Virus record (IMG/VR): IMGVR_UViG_3300038673_000375
Span: 1-25,790 of that record
Direction: 5' to 3' (one strand)
Length of the DNA: 25,790 nt
From: a virus
Taxonomy: Duplodnaviria; Caudoviricetes
Part shown: piece after piece, positions 10,901-18,541 of the stretch
Layout of the letters: the number at the start of each line of letters is the position of its first letter
Position numbering within the stretch: position 1 is the stretch's first letter
Translations under genes and position numbers: made by a program
The notes under the pieces: model-generated
Told to the model about the DNA's origin: nothing
Databases searched by the model: none
What the model saw: only the letters and a program-made list of their open reading frames with translations

Positions 10901-11610
10901 GCCTGGGTTGCATTCGAGATTTTGGTACCTATTGAGCCCACGGTGTTCCTTACCTTAGTGGCAGCATTATTTACGATACCCCACTTTCCAGTCATTGCTG
11001 TTTGGGCGGCTAGGAAGCTTCGGCCAGTTCCTGCGAAACTTGAACCTGCTTCTATGATTTGTCTGTTGAATGCTGCCTGTGCTACTGAGCTTCGTTCAAT
11101 ATGTTCGATTGGAAATGCGGATACTGCTGCTTTTCCTGCTACTCTTGCCCCATAGGATAATTGTGAGAATTCCCTAGTAGTTGCCATGGCCTGATCACTC
11201 ATTGTTAGGAGGGACCTTGTGCCTAAGTTGAATTGTTTAGCAAAAGCATCTCCGGGCATTATTGAGGAGGTTGCAGCGCTTATTTGTTTAGTTACTGTTG
11301 GGATTGTGTTCCCCAACGCCGAATAACTGGATCTTGTGTCTGCTAGTATCCTGTTAAATTGTCCTTGGGTAACTCCTAGGTTTTGCAGTCCATAATTTAG
11401 TTTGTTCCCGTAAACTGCTGCTTGGTTTAATTGTTTGGCGAATTCTTTAGCGTTCTGAGCAGCTATCCCTGGGATGGATGAAGACATCTTGGTGGATAAT
11501 CCTTTACCCATTGTCTTCTGAAAATCACTGGCAGCTTTTTTAAGTTCTTTTTCAAACTCTTTTATGTTGAGTTTCAGATACGCTTCGATTGAACCCCTGT
11601 TGTTGGCCAT
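7906..11610 (-). CDS. Tape measure protein with C-terminal transglutaminase-like cysteine protease domain
   Basis: 1234 aa, Ala-rich and helical; typical N-terminus (SIEAYLKLNIKEF); two hydrophobic segments and a coiled coil; C-terminal YEFYYNS...GNCWD...RAFG...GHV...MDPT. Confidence 0.92.
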   Translation of the reverse strand: MANNRGSIEAYLKLNIKEFEKELKKAASDFQKTMGKGLSTKMSSSIPGIAAQNAKEFAKQLNQAAVYGNKLNYGLQNLGVTQGQFNRILADTRSSYSALGNTIPTVTKQISAATSSIMPGDAFAKQFNLGTRSLLTMSDQAMATTREFSQLSYGARVAGKAAVSAFPIEHIERSSVAQAAFNRQIIEAGSSFAGTGRSFLAAQTAMTGKWGIVNNAATKVRNTVGSIGTKISNATQALDNFGTGLLGIVGIMGSQQIYDFTVGVANTFQGYEQFWAKAYGEQTAQLYSQTVEMMQQKYYAQPLTSARTLQLLANTMPTTTSSSEIASLTPVVQAYINFFKKMKPEFASLAEIEGPQDIAAVFSGNTGEIRASPLAQPLKEIAALPDEQKMDALMKLFNDRGIMEFAAGLTEYDKELNKFNATLNEIGITVGTTLLPLFTGAMDVINDFVNSNKGLIQISIIGAGVISVLAAIGGVGGLALQGLQSGGYIVKGLARELGTLAAKAINAAGVNVVLKDATEDITASNVKWGSTMSNVGSKLKSIGSAMVSFLISPMGLAVIGITALVAAIIILGNKYGWFKTGIENANDALSKGKQVMDEAKTAQQEAQKEVDKWQTAVNNATPGTEEYATATKNLKDAKSDLADATETATTAENNYKDASETHKEIMEKYADSLERAKKAVIAYRVSTEELTPEEGKKLSADAEWASQLTDADKATITTTRNLDNLTESYNKAAEGSYNLSEGQRNLTGWLADFELDWTDSTGWLEQLQTGVGWTLGFPDQFFSALKTDLGNAFKNSGDIFTSDAQNSTKGIKDFFGGMFGTASGAGGAGKPSFQEDLKNLFDFSRFGIKWPKININTFLNPLKIVPNRVKGFFVRSFNGAKSTVSRGVNSVTSHFKSLPGRVTAALGGLWAAITTPFVGPLNYIKNFVTAAISLISSTFWRLVGDARSAWSSIENAVKNPVNTIINLVNRLRSALGLGNVAGGDITVNETSMTPQSSASLTLPIKSESLRNKVMAAIYKGQFAGAPNNLGGLFAGGDSTTNWTNVGRWKDTIIGGARSLAQNFLSQFGLDGVDITDPNKSMTDMFLATVNKIFSAFHYEFYYNSKYGVLGTFLNRGGNCWDMSSLLLTIARAFGLDGYMVQTTWNKIGHVRAWIQGLGNMDPTAFVQRGGWRSYPSAGPMPDVGLGEGEVHVHVHFHDKVYGLPDFENVVDESVKTSLETREKRRKRKKFGRRI

Positions 11611-11704
11611 GGGACATTCTCCATAAAATATAATAAAATTAATTCCAAAAATGAGGGATAATAATCTATTAAATAAAATAAAAAAATAGCAAATTTGGGG
11701 TTTT
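11611..11704 (-). terminator. AT-rich spacer with oligo-T runs on the minus strand; possible partial terminator before the tape measure
   Basis: Minus strand reads GCTATTTTTTTATTTTATTT shortly after the stop codon; archaeal termination uses oligo-U tracts. Confidence 0.3.
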
Positions 11705-12103
11705 TTATACCTTGTTGAGTTCTTCGTAAACCATTTTTCGCATTAAACCGACTGTGTAATCTGATTGTTCCATGAGACCTTCTGATAGGAAGAGTGCTTT
11801 ACCATGTCTATGTTCGAATGCCAGGTTTGTTTCTTGAATTTCAGCATAATGTTCCTTATTATAAGGGTTTTCTGGATCGAATAGTATTTTAGAGCCTAAT
11901 TCTGTTCTTTTACTAACAACATACCCACTGGTCCGAAGTCTGGAAGTAAGCAAGGGGATGTCTAATCTGATCTTGAAGATGAATGCAGTTCCCGCTTTTT
12001 GTTCTATGTTCTGCCTTTTTGATCTGATTCTTAACACTATGTCATTCGTAAATTCAGGGAATTGTTTAGAGTTAAGTTTTAGAGTAATGAATTCATCAGG
12101 CAT
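11705..12103 (-). CDS. HK97 gp10-like / minor capsid-type neck (tail completion) protein
   Basis: Motifs IPLLTSRLRTSG (compare P..TG.LR.S), YAEIQE and F.H.HGKA.FL are typical of this family. Confidence 0.65.
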   Translation of the reverse strand: MPDEFITLKLNSKQFPEFTNDIVLRIRSKRQNIEQKAGTAFIFKIRLDIPLLTSRLRTSGYVVSKRTELGSKILFDPENPYNKEHYAEIQETNLAFEHRHGKALFLSEGLMEQSDYTVGLMRKMVYEELNKV

Positions 12104-12105
12104 TT

Positions 12106-12360
12106 TTATATGTCCCCGTTTTTCATCATTTCCATGGCTTGGGTTATCTTTCCAGGTCCGTTAGGTTTTTCTTCGTTGGAATTATTGTCAGATTTATCGG
12201 GATCTTCGTATTCCATTCGTTCATATTTGTATAGGTTCATGATCCGTTGGTCATCTTCATCATCAACTGCCTCATAAGATGGATACTGCCATCGTTTAAT
12301 AGCTAAATGGTATAGTCTCCCTATGCCTACTCTCGGATGGTTTTCACGGCTTCGATTGCC
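12106..12360 (-). CDS. Frameshift extension (gpT-like part) of the tail assembly chaperone, 84 codons
   Basis: Open -1 frame from the slippery site: GNRSRENHPRVGIGRLYHLAIKRWQYPSYEAVDDEDDQRIMNLYKYERMEYEDPDKSDNNSNEEKPNGPGKITQAMEMMKNGDI*; stop ends 2 nt before the next ATG (12103). Confidence 0.85.
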   Translation of the reverse strand, partial: GNRSRENHPRVGIGRLYHLAIKRWQYPSYEAVDDEDDQRIMNLYKYERMEYEDPDKSDNNSNEEKPNGPGKITQAMEMMKNGDI

Positions 12361-12896
12361 TTTTTTATAAAATCCATATCGCCTTTTTCCATGGCAGTTA
12401 ACATCATTGTTTGTTCTGCTATTCCTGCTCTCCTACCCAATTCATTGTCTTCTTTTTCTTGTTTTAGGAATTCTTCAGGAGTTATTCCATTAGCTCGGGC
12501 TTGTCTCATGTGTATGGCCCTGCGGACGTATATGAATTCTGTGATCCCATAGTCCTTAACTTCATCAGCAGTTAAAGGAGTTATTGTGTTTTTGAAGAAA
12601 CTTTTAAACTCCTTCTCCATTTTATCCAATTCTTCATCAGATAAGGATTGTATGAGGTTTCCATCGCTGCCGGTTTTTCCTTCATTTTCAAATCTGAAGA
12701 TTAATTCCCCAAGTTTTTTGAGCTGTAATGTTACTCCAAACCCGGTTCTTTTCAGTTTTTTGTCTTCTCCAAAGTATGAAATTGGATCTAAGTATGTTGT
12801 GTCTATTGCTTTCTCATCAGGTGTGAGATATCCGTTATTCATGTCCTCTGCGAGTTGCTCGTCAGGACTTTTTGCATTTTTTTTATTTTCTTCCAT
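12327..12896 (-). CDS. Tail assembly chaperone (lambda gpG-like)
   Basis: Follows the tail tube gene; charged and helical; slippery site near the 3' end; GGTGA RBS favours ATG 12896 over 12908. Confidence 0.8.
   Translation of the reverse strand: MEENKKNAKSPDEQLAEDMNNGYLTPDEKAIDTTYLDPISYFGEDKKLKRTGFGVTLQLKKLGELIFRFENEGKTGSDGNLIQSLSDEELDKMEKEFKSFFKNTITPLTADEVKDYGITEFIYVRRAIHMRQARANGITPEEFLKQEKEDNELGRRAGIAEQTMMLTAMEKGDMDFIKKAIEAVKTIRE
12360..12366 (-). other. -1 ribosomal slippery heptamer A_AAA_AAG
   Basis: In-frame codons ATA AAA AAG, ten codons before the chaperone stop; fits X XXY YYZ. Confidence 0.85.
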
Positions 12897-12911
12897 CTCT
12901 ATCACCATTAT

Positions 12912-13916
12912 TTAGGCTATTGCAGTTAGTTTGCTGGTTAACACGGCTTTCATTAGCATGTCATCTGTTCCAGGAGTTTCTCCTTTCTCGTATGCTTCCC
13001 ATCCATAATTGTATTGAAGTATGTCGCCTTCTGGGTCGCTGTAATCTGTTAGTTTCCAGTAGGGGAATGTTAGGATTGTTCTATAGTAGTAGGTTGATTC
13101 TATGAGTGGGCCTGTGAATGAGACTTGGGAGTTTTTCCAGACATAATCACTTCCCATGCTGGTTTGTGAGAGTCCTCCTAACCATTCTTTGAGTAAGTTT
13201 AGGTTTTCAAACTGCTGAGCAGCTTTTCCGCTCACTTCATATCCTGTGCATTGACGGACTGAAGGGAATATGCTCTGATTGGCTGTTTGTAGTTCTGTGA
13301 TTTCGTTTTTCAAATCCATGCTGAACTCAGTTATACTAGTATCAGCGACGGGGGTGGTTCCGAAGTCTTCTACTCTGTAATCCATTTCGTTAAATGTGTG
13401 TGGAACTGGGTCTGATGCATAGGTGGGTGTTTGTGCGGAAGTGTCTATGTCCACGGTATCAGCTTTGAATGTTGCTGTGAGTGATCCTTCTCCTTGACTT
13501 TTGATGTCAATTCCTAATGTTTCCAGCAGTGCATTGGCAAATTTCTGTGGGGTGCTGTCTGCAGCGGTGTATCCCTTCCATAATGTGCATTTGGGTCGGG
13601 ATTGAAGAGGATCTTCTGTTATTGTGTGTTGATATGCTGCTGTTGCTCCCTGTTGTGCGGTTGCTTTGGCTCCGAGGCCGAGATATAACAAGTATTCTAG
13701 TAATCCGTCTAGTCTCATGTCTCCACTGAGGTCTAATTTGACAGAGCTGAATATTTTTTTGCTCACGAATTTGGTGTTAAGTTTCCCCCGATGTTCTTCT
13801 GGAGTGTAATCCTTGTTTTCGTAGGAGGATTTCAGTTTTCCTACTGGCAAGAATAGGCTTGGAACTGCATCTGCGCCGATGCCTATTCCTATCCATTCAA
13901 CTTTTTCAGATGCCAT
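12912..13916 (-). CDS. Major tail (tube) protein
   Basis: 334 aa; position before the chaperone; AY.HTIT and 'FSMDLKNEI...R...YEVSG' tube-like pattern. Confidence 0.85.
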   Translation of the reverse strand: MASEKVEWIGIGIGADAVPSLFLPVGKLKSSYENKDYTPEEHRGKLNTKFVSKKIFSSVKLDLSGDMRLDGLLEYLLYLGLGAKATAQQGATAAYQHTITEDPLQSRPKCTLWKGYTAADSTPQKFANALLETLGIDIKSQGEGSLTATFKADTVDIDTSAQTPTYASDPVPHTFNEMDYRVEDFGTTPVADTSITEFSMDLKNEITELQTANQSIFPSVRQCTGYEVSGKAAQQFENLNLLKEWLGGLSQTSMGSDYVWKNSQVSFTGPLIESTYYYRTILTFPYWKLTDYSDPEGDILQYNYGWEAYEKGETPGTDDMLMKAVLTSKLTAIA

Positions 13917-14116
13917 TATTTCTTACCTCCCTTGCTTTTTTTAGTGGGAGTTTCCTCCGATTCTCCTATTTTCCATAGCCGAGGGTTTCGTTTTACCATG
14001 TCCTCGGCTTCGTCCCCATCCACATCTTTACTATCCCCTGGATTCATCTTACCATAGGGAGTATTGCATGGCATGGGACCATTGAACTGTAATTTTACAG
14101 TACCCTTTCTAGCCAT
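13916..14116 (-). CDS. Small Lys-tailed virion-associated protein (PGD..V...EA motif)
   Basis: GGAGG RBS; TAATG overlap with the tail tube gene. Confidence 0.7.
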   Translation of the reverse strand: MARKGTVKLQFNGPMPCNTPYGKMNPGDSKDVDGDEAEDMVKRNPRLWKIGESEETPTKKSKGGKK

Positions 14117-14155
14117 AGTTTTCTAAGCCTCCAAAAAATCAATTAAATAATATAT

Positions 14156-14614
14156 TTAGTCGTTCCGTCTTACTTGGACAAAAAAGCCATAATTAACTTG
14201 GGAAAATCTTTCTACTGGCCTGCCTTCGTCTTCTATGATCCCATTATAACGAGTGCCTTTCCAATCAATATCACGCCATGGTCCTACATTGAAGTTCTTT
14301 TCAATTATTGCCATACTTGTATTTGCTAATGTTTTAACGGTATTTTTAGCAACAGGACCCATATCGTTAATATACCATTGGATTAATAATTCTATTTCGA
14401 GATCTTTGAATGCACCACTTTCATATTTCCCTTTATCTGCTCTTACAGAGATGACTTCCCCATAGGGATAACTTTTTCCAGGGATGAGGTTTCCATCTTC
14501 TGGGAGGAGTCTTTCATCCACAATGTCAGATATTGTTTCCTCTGCTAGGAGGAGTGTGATCACTTTCTCAATTGTGTCATCAACGGCAGCATTATAGTCC
14601 TCAACAGCGGTCAT
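14156..14614 (-). CDS. Putative tail terminator/completion protein
   Basis: 152 aa, acidic, near the tail tube gene; helix-YP-strand pattern of terminators. Confidence 0.55.
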   Translation of the reverse strand: MTAVEDYNAAVDDTIEKVITLLLAEETISDIVDERLLPEDGNLIPGKSYPYGEVISVRADKGKYESGAFKDLEIELLIQWYINDMGPVAKNTVKTLANTSMAIIEKNFNVGPWRDIDWKGTRYNGIIEDEGRPVERFSQVNYGFFVQVRRND

Positions 14615-14970
14615 AATCGTATTTCTCCCACTTTGATCTGTCTGAGTGTGTCGAATGTGTCCTGTTCGAGGTCATCTACGAAATCTTTCAGTTGTTTCTG
14701 TTGATTTTTTGAATATACTGCCTTTAATGCGGCCAGTGCTCCGAGTTTTGCGGATAAAATTTTTATAAACAATCCCATGCTTGTCCCATTAGTTACAGCT
14801 GTTTGAATATCTGTTAAACTATATTGTTTGACTAGTGCAGGGTTTAGGGTATATTTATCCTCGTTTTCAGCATAAGCAATTAGTTCGGCTTCTGTTAAAT
14901 CTCCAGTCTCACTAATAGTTAATGAGGTACAATACGTTTTAATCAGGGTAACATCAGCATAAGCAGCCAT
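14611..14970 (-). CDS. Putative head-tail adaptor-like protein (Mu gp36/SPP1 gp15-like)
   Basis: N-terminal MAAYADVTLIK; all-helical; C-terminal 'LRQIKVGEIRL' similar to gp36-type adaptors. Confidence 0.5.
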   Translation of the reverse strand: MAAYADVTLIKTYCTSLTISETGDLTEAELIAYAENEDKYTLNPALVKQYSLTDIQTAVTNGTSMGLFIKILSAKLGALAALKAVYSKNQQKQLKDFVDDLEQDTFDTLRQIKVGEIRL

Positions 14971-14973
14971 TCG

Positions 14974-15633
14974 TTATACCTCTATGATTCCTAAGAATAG
15001 TTTTTTAGGGAGTTTGTTAAACCGTGTGGTTATGTCAAAGACAATAGGGACTAATTTATCCATTTTATCCGTTCCCTTGTTATAAACACCCGTATCTTGT
15101 TGTTCGATAACATTCTGCAAACTAGGGGGAGTCTCACGTTCCATATACATAGCATACACCACCATGGCCTCACATAATGCTTTAGCCATTGGATGAGCAG
15201 GATCATAACCAGCCGTGTATTCCAAGACCACGTTATTGTAGTCAATAAATGGAAGATAATTTTCCGTATTGATAGATCCTGTGTTACTATCAGTCACATA
15301 GTAATCTGTATCGAGGGTTTTTTCCGTGCCATCAATAGTGAGAGTTATAGGAACACTCATCCCCTCACTATCCATTAATAGGATAGGATAGAACTTAGTT
15401 TGGAGAAGGGTTCCTCCATTTAAATCTTCACCATTCCACTTCTCTTCCACTTCTTGGGCGTTGAATAAACGTCCACTTTGTTCTTCAATCTCTTTCTGAG
15501 CAGCCCGGATCATTTCCCCAAGAACCACATCAGTGTATCTTACCTCATAATCAAAGTTAAGGTAACGCCGTTGAGCGTAACCCTTAACGTCTGTTGGTGT
15601 GGTTATTGGACTGTAAGTGAGAGTGTGAGACAT
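14974..15633 (-). CDS. Head-tail connector (HK97 gp6-like with beta insertion)
   Basis: TTPTDVK...MIRAAQKEIE..SGR.F...YPI...V.LEYTAGY...KALC pattern. Confidence 0.75.
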   Translation of the reverse strand: MSHTLTYSPITTPTDVKGYAQRRYLNFDYEVRYTDVVLGEMIRAAQKEIEEQSGRLFNAQEVEEKWNGEDLNGGTLLQTKFYPILLMDSEGMSVPITLTIDGTEKTLDTDYYVTDSNTGSINTENYLPFIDYNNVVLEYTAGYDPAHPMAKALCEAMVVYAMYMERETPPSLQNVIEQQDTGVYNKGTDKMDKLVPIVFDITTRFNKLPKKLFLGIIEV

Positions 15634-15644
15634 TTAAACCTGTT

Positions 15645-16055
15645 TTATGCTGCCTGTATTATGGGAACTCTTACAGTTGTGGCTGCTGTGGCATTTGCGT
15701 TTACTGTGACGGTTAAAGCTCCTGTTGAGGGTACAAATCTGACGGATGTTATTTCTGTTGCTGTTGCATCAGCGGCTGCATCTATGAAATGAGCCTGTTG
15801 TGGGATTCCATCTATATCTTCGGCGTTGGTTGCGGTGGCTGTTGCTGATTCGATTGCTACTTCAAGATCACGATTAACTACTTTTAGTTTACCTGCCAGG
15901 ATGGAATCATCTTCCGGTCCAGTTCCAGCTTCAACTGCGTCAACTGCACTTTCAAGGGATGAGATGTCTGTTTCTAGTCCGGATAAGAAATCTCCTAAGT
16001 TTAGTTCCATCAATTCCCTGTTGAGGATTTTTATTACCTTTTGATCTAAGGCCAT
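15645..16055 (-). CDS. Hypothetical structural protein, possibly head decoration/fibre
   Basis: GGAGG RBS; short coiled coil followed by an Ala/Thr-rich beta domain; two genes after the MCP. Confidence 0.55.
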   Translation of the reverse strand: MALDQKVIKILNRELMELNLGDFLSGLETDISSLESAVDAVEAGTGPEDDSILAGKLKVVNRDLEVAIESATATATNAEDIDGIPQQAHFIDAAADATATEITSVRFVPSTGALTVTVNANATAATTVRVPIIQAA

Positions 16056-16072
16056 TTTTCAAGCCTCCTCCA

Positions 16073-16279
16073 TTATTTGGTTTTGGAAACGGTGAAACCA
16101 GCTTTTTTACCTAACTCTTTAAGGGTATCTAAACCTTCCTCATTTATTTCAACAACACCCTCACTGGATACCCATTTTCCTTTTTTATCCCTTTTAGTTT
16201 CGAGATCAACGAACCTGTCATCTAATTTGAGTTTATCACAACTTTCTTTAGATTTTATTAAAACTTTGATTAAAGCCAT
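16073..16279 (-). CDS. Small Lys-rich hypothetical protein
   Basis: AGGAGG RBS; directly after the MCP gene. Confidence 0.75.
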   Translation of the reverse strand: MALIKVLIKSKESCDKLKLDDRFVDLETKRDKKGKWVSSEGVVEINEEGLDTLKELGKKAGFTVSKTK

Positions 16280-16314
16280 ATTTTTTCCTCCTAAAAAAGT
16301 AAATATAGCCCTGT

Positions 16315-17370
16315 TTAGGCTATACCATAGATTTGAACGTTCTTAGCTGGAGCAGTGTGGTACTGGACAGCCACCTGAGTGTACCATCCATCACTAGCGA
16401 AAGGTTTAGTCCTTCCGGCAGGAGCCCATGAAGGGGTCATGAAGTCAGCGATGAATGCAAACATTTCATCTATGAAATCTAACCGTCTAGCGGCAGCTGT
16501 GGCTGGTACGTTAGGGTCGCTGATGATTGGAATGTCCATGGCGTTAGATGCATAGGCGGGTACTCTTACACCTGCGGTAACATCATATCTTTCGTTTCTC
16601 AGAGTAGGGGTCATGTCCTTTTTGATCTGGTTAACAACACTAGCCCCAGTTAATAGGAATGAAGGGCTTGCTTTAAGAGTTTCAGTCATGGTAGCTTCAG
16701 CACTGAATAAGTCTTCCAGGGTTAATTCTGCCCCGGATAGGTTTATTCTAGTTCCACTATTTTCAGCAATTTCATCTAACCCATCGAACTGATTACTGCC
16801 TCCGGCACTGTCTCCGGCAACTACAACTTTGTTGAACTCTTCACGGAGAGCTACCTGTGCATATTCTAAGAGTTGTGCCCGGGCTGCAGCGCTGGCACCT
16901 TTACCGATTATGTCAGACATGCTTACTGGCAGGGCCAGGTAGCACATGCTGGCAGTGGCTGGAGTTGTGGTTGCTTCTCCACTTCCACTAGTGTTTCCGG
17001 TTTCTGCGATCCATTCACCGGCAAATCCGGCGGTGAGTTTGATGTATTTGTGTTCTGTGCTGTTTGCAGGTTTCCTCCTGTTTTTGGTTTCTAAGTAGGA
17101 TAAACATGGAGTTCTCCTATATAATACTCCGTTGTCGTAGATGGTTGGATCTAGGATTGTTGGGAAATAGTTACCACTGGACATGGCTTGTTCTAATCTT
17201 CCAGATGTGCCTAATTGCATGTCACTAGCCATGCTTTGAACTAGGTCATCGAAGTTTTCGGCACCTTCCCTCTTAGCTGCTTTTTCGGTTATGGGCTCTG
17301 TTTGAACTCCAACATTGCCCCTTAATTTCTCTATTATATCTTCTTGAATTTCTTGTACGGATGCGGCCAT
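16315..17370 (-). CDS. Major capsid protein (HK97 fold)
   Basis: ~350 aa after the protease; 'EWIAETG', 'EEFNKVVVAGD....NQFDGL' and 'IPIISDPNVP' motifs; GAGGTA RBS favours ATG 17370 (17376 is an alternative). Confidence 0.92.
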   Translation of the reverse strand: MAASVQEIQEDIIEKLRGNVGVQTEPITEKAAKREGAENFDDLVQSMASDMQLGTSGRLEQAMSSGNYFPTILDPTIYDNGVLYRRTPCLSYLETKNRRKPANSTEHKYIKLTAGFAGEWIAETGNTSGSGEATTTPATASMCYLALPVSMSDIIGKGASAAARAQLLEYAQVALREEFNKVVVAGDSAGGSNQFDGLDEIAENSGTRINLSGAELTLEDLFSAEATMTETLKASPSFLLTGASVVNQIKKDMTPTLRNERYDVTAGVRVPAYASNAMDIPIISDPNVPATAAARRLDFIDEMFAFIADFMTPSWAPAGRTKPFASDGWYTQVAVQYHTAPAKNVQIYGIA

Positions 17371-17404
17371 TATCATTACCTCTTATCCATTTTTTTTTGA
17401 TTGA

Positions 17405-18535
17405 TTATTGGTTAACTCCTAAAAGTTCGCCTGCGGTCACTCCTTGGACTACTTCTCCGCCTTGAACTGCGGGGTAACGGGATGGGTCATTGAATTTTTG
17501 TTTCATTGGGGTTTGTTCTGGTTCTCCGGTGACTTCTTGGGTTATTCCTCCATTGCCTGTTTGGCCCTGGATGGATGGTCTTGTGTGTTTCCTGTCTTTT
17601 ATGAGGTTTCCCAGTGATTCTTCTATCACGGTTTTAGCTGCCAGGGTGGCGGCTTCTGTGAATTTCTCAGAGAGTTCTTCTTCCAATTCTGCTTTTATTG
17701 ACTGTTTAAGGTCAGCCATTTTCTGTTTTTCAGCGGCTTCAGCGGCCTCTTTCTGCCTTGCTTGTTCACCTTTAAGTAAGACGTTAAGAGTTTGCTGCAT
17801 TTGCTCAAATTCTGGTTTATCTACTGTAATTTTTTCTTCACTCATTTCTTTTGCCTCCAATTTGGGTTTTTTTCCAGCTTTTCGAAGTTCATTTTCTTCA
17901 AGCGCTTCTTTTATAGCTGGACATGTATTTACTAAGCTTTCTTTTAGTTGAACTGCTGCCTGGCTGCATATTCCACCTTGGCAGGAGTTAGTAATGGTTG
18001 TTTTGCCTTTAGTTTCAAGTTGTGCGGGTATTGTCGTGACACTGTTCTCGAAGGGGGTCATTTCATCAATTTCAATCCACCATTCGTATGTGTCCAAGTC
18101 TTCCACGAATTTCGCTTCAGTTATCCATCCATGGATTGACATTCCAAGTTTCACGTGGTTTTTAATCCAATGTGTAACTTGTAAAACAGGGGCATCCACC
18201 ACATCATTCCCACTTAGGGGAAGTAATTCTGCTATGGGCCATAGTTCTGAGTCAGAACTTGGTTTGATACCAACAATATTCCCCAGAACTTTACCGCTTT
18301 CATGGTCTAAGAGGGTTGGGAGTCCTACGAATGTTTGTTTAAGTTTTGCTATGCATTTCTCAGTTGTTTTATGGCGAGATAATGAAATATCTGTGGTTCT
18401 TGCGAGTCCTTCTAGTCTTATTGGTTTTTCTGGGTCATCTTGTGATTGTTGCACTACTTCTAAAGGTACAACTGCTTCAAATTTGACTTTTTCAGTTATT
18501 GGAATTTCATGTAGGTTCTTTTTCGTCACAATCAC
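17405..18535 (-). CDS. Prohead maturation protease fused to scaffold
   Basis: LEGLA, LLDH (His), GMSIHG (Ser) and ENSVTTIPA motifs of HK97-type proteases; C-terminal coiled coil; GGAGG RBS before GTG. Confidence 0.88.
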   Translation of the reverse strand: MIVTKKNLHEIPITEKVKFEAVVPLEVVQQSQDDPEKPIRLEGLARTTDISLSRHKTTEKCIAKLKQTFVGLPTLLDHESGKVLGNIVGIKPSSDSELWPIAELLPLSGNDVVDAPVLQVTHWIKNHVKLGMSIHGWITEAKFVEDLDTYEWWIEIDEMTPFENSVTTIPAQLETKGKTTITNSCQGGICSQAAVQLKESLVNTCPAIKEALEENELRKAGKKPKLEAKEMSEEKITVDKPEFEQMQQTLNVLLKGEQARQKEAAEAAEKQKMADLKQSIKAELEEELSEKFTEAATLAAKTVIEESLGNLIKDRKHTRPSIQGQTGNGGITQEVTGEPEQTPMKQKFNDPSRYPAVQGGEVVQGVTAGELLGVNQ

Positions 18536-18541
18536 CTCCTT

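Noticed and set aside
12896-12914. Tail tube gene is in frame with the chaperone gene (TAA ATA ATG), suggesting read-through
   Set aside because: TAA is a poor read-through codon and the chaperone has its own GGTGA RBS; in-frame by chance one time in three.
16280-16330. Possible frameshift or read-through extension of the MCP
   Set aside because: No slippery heptamer at the 3' end; another in-frame stop follows within 7 codons.
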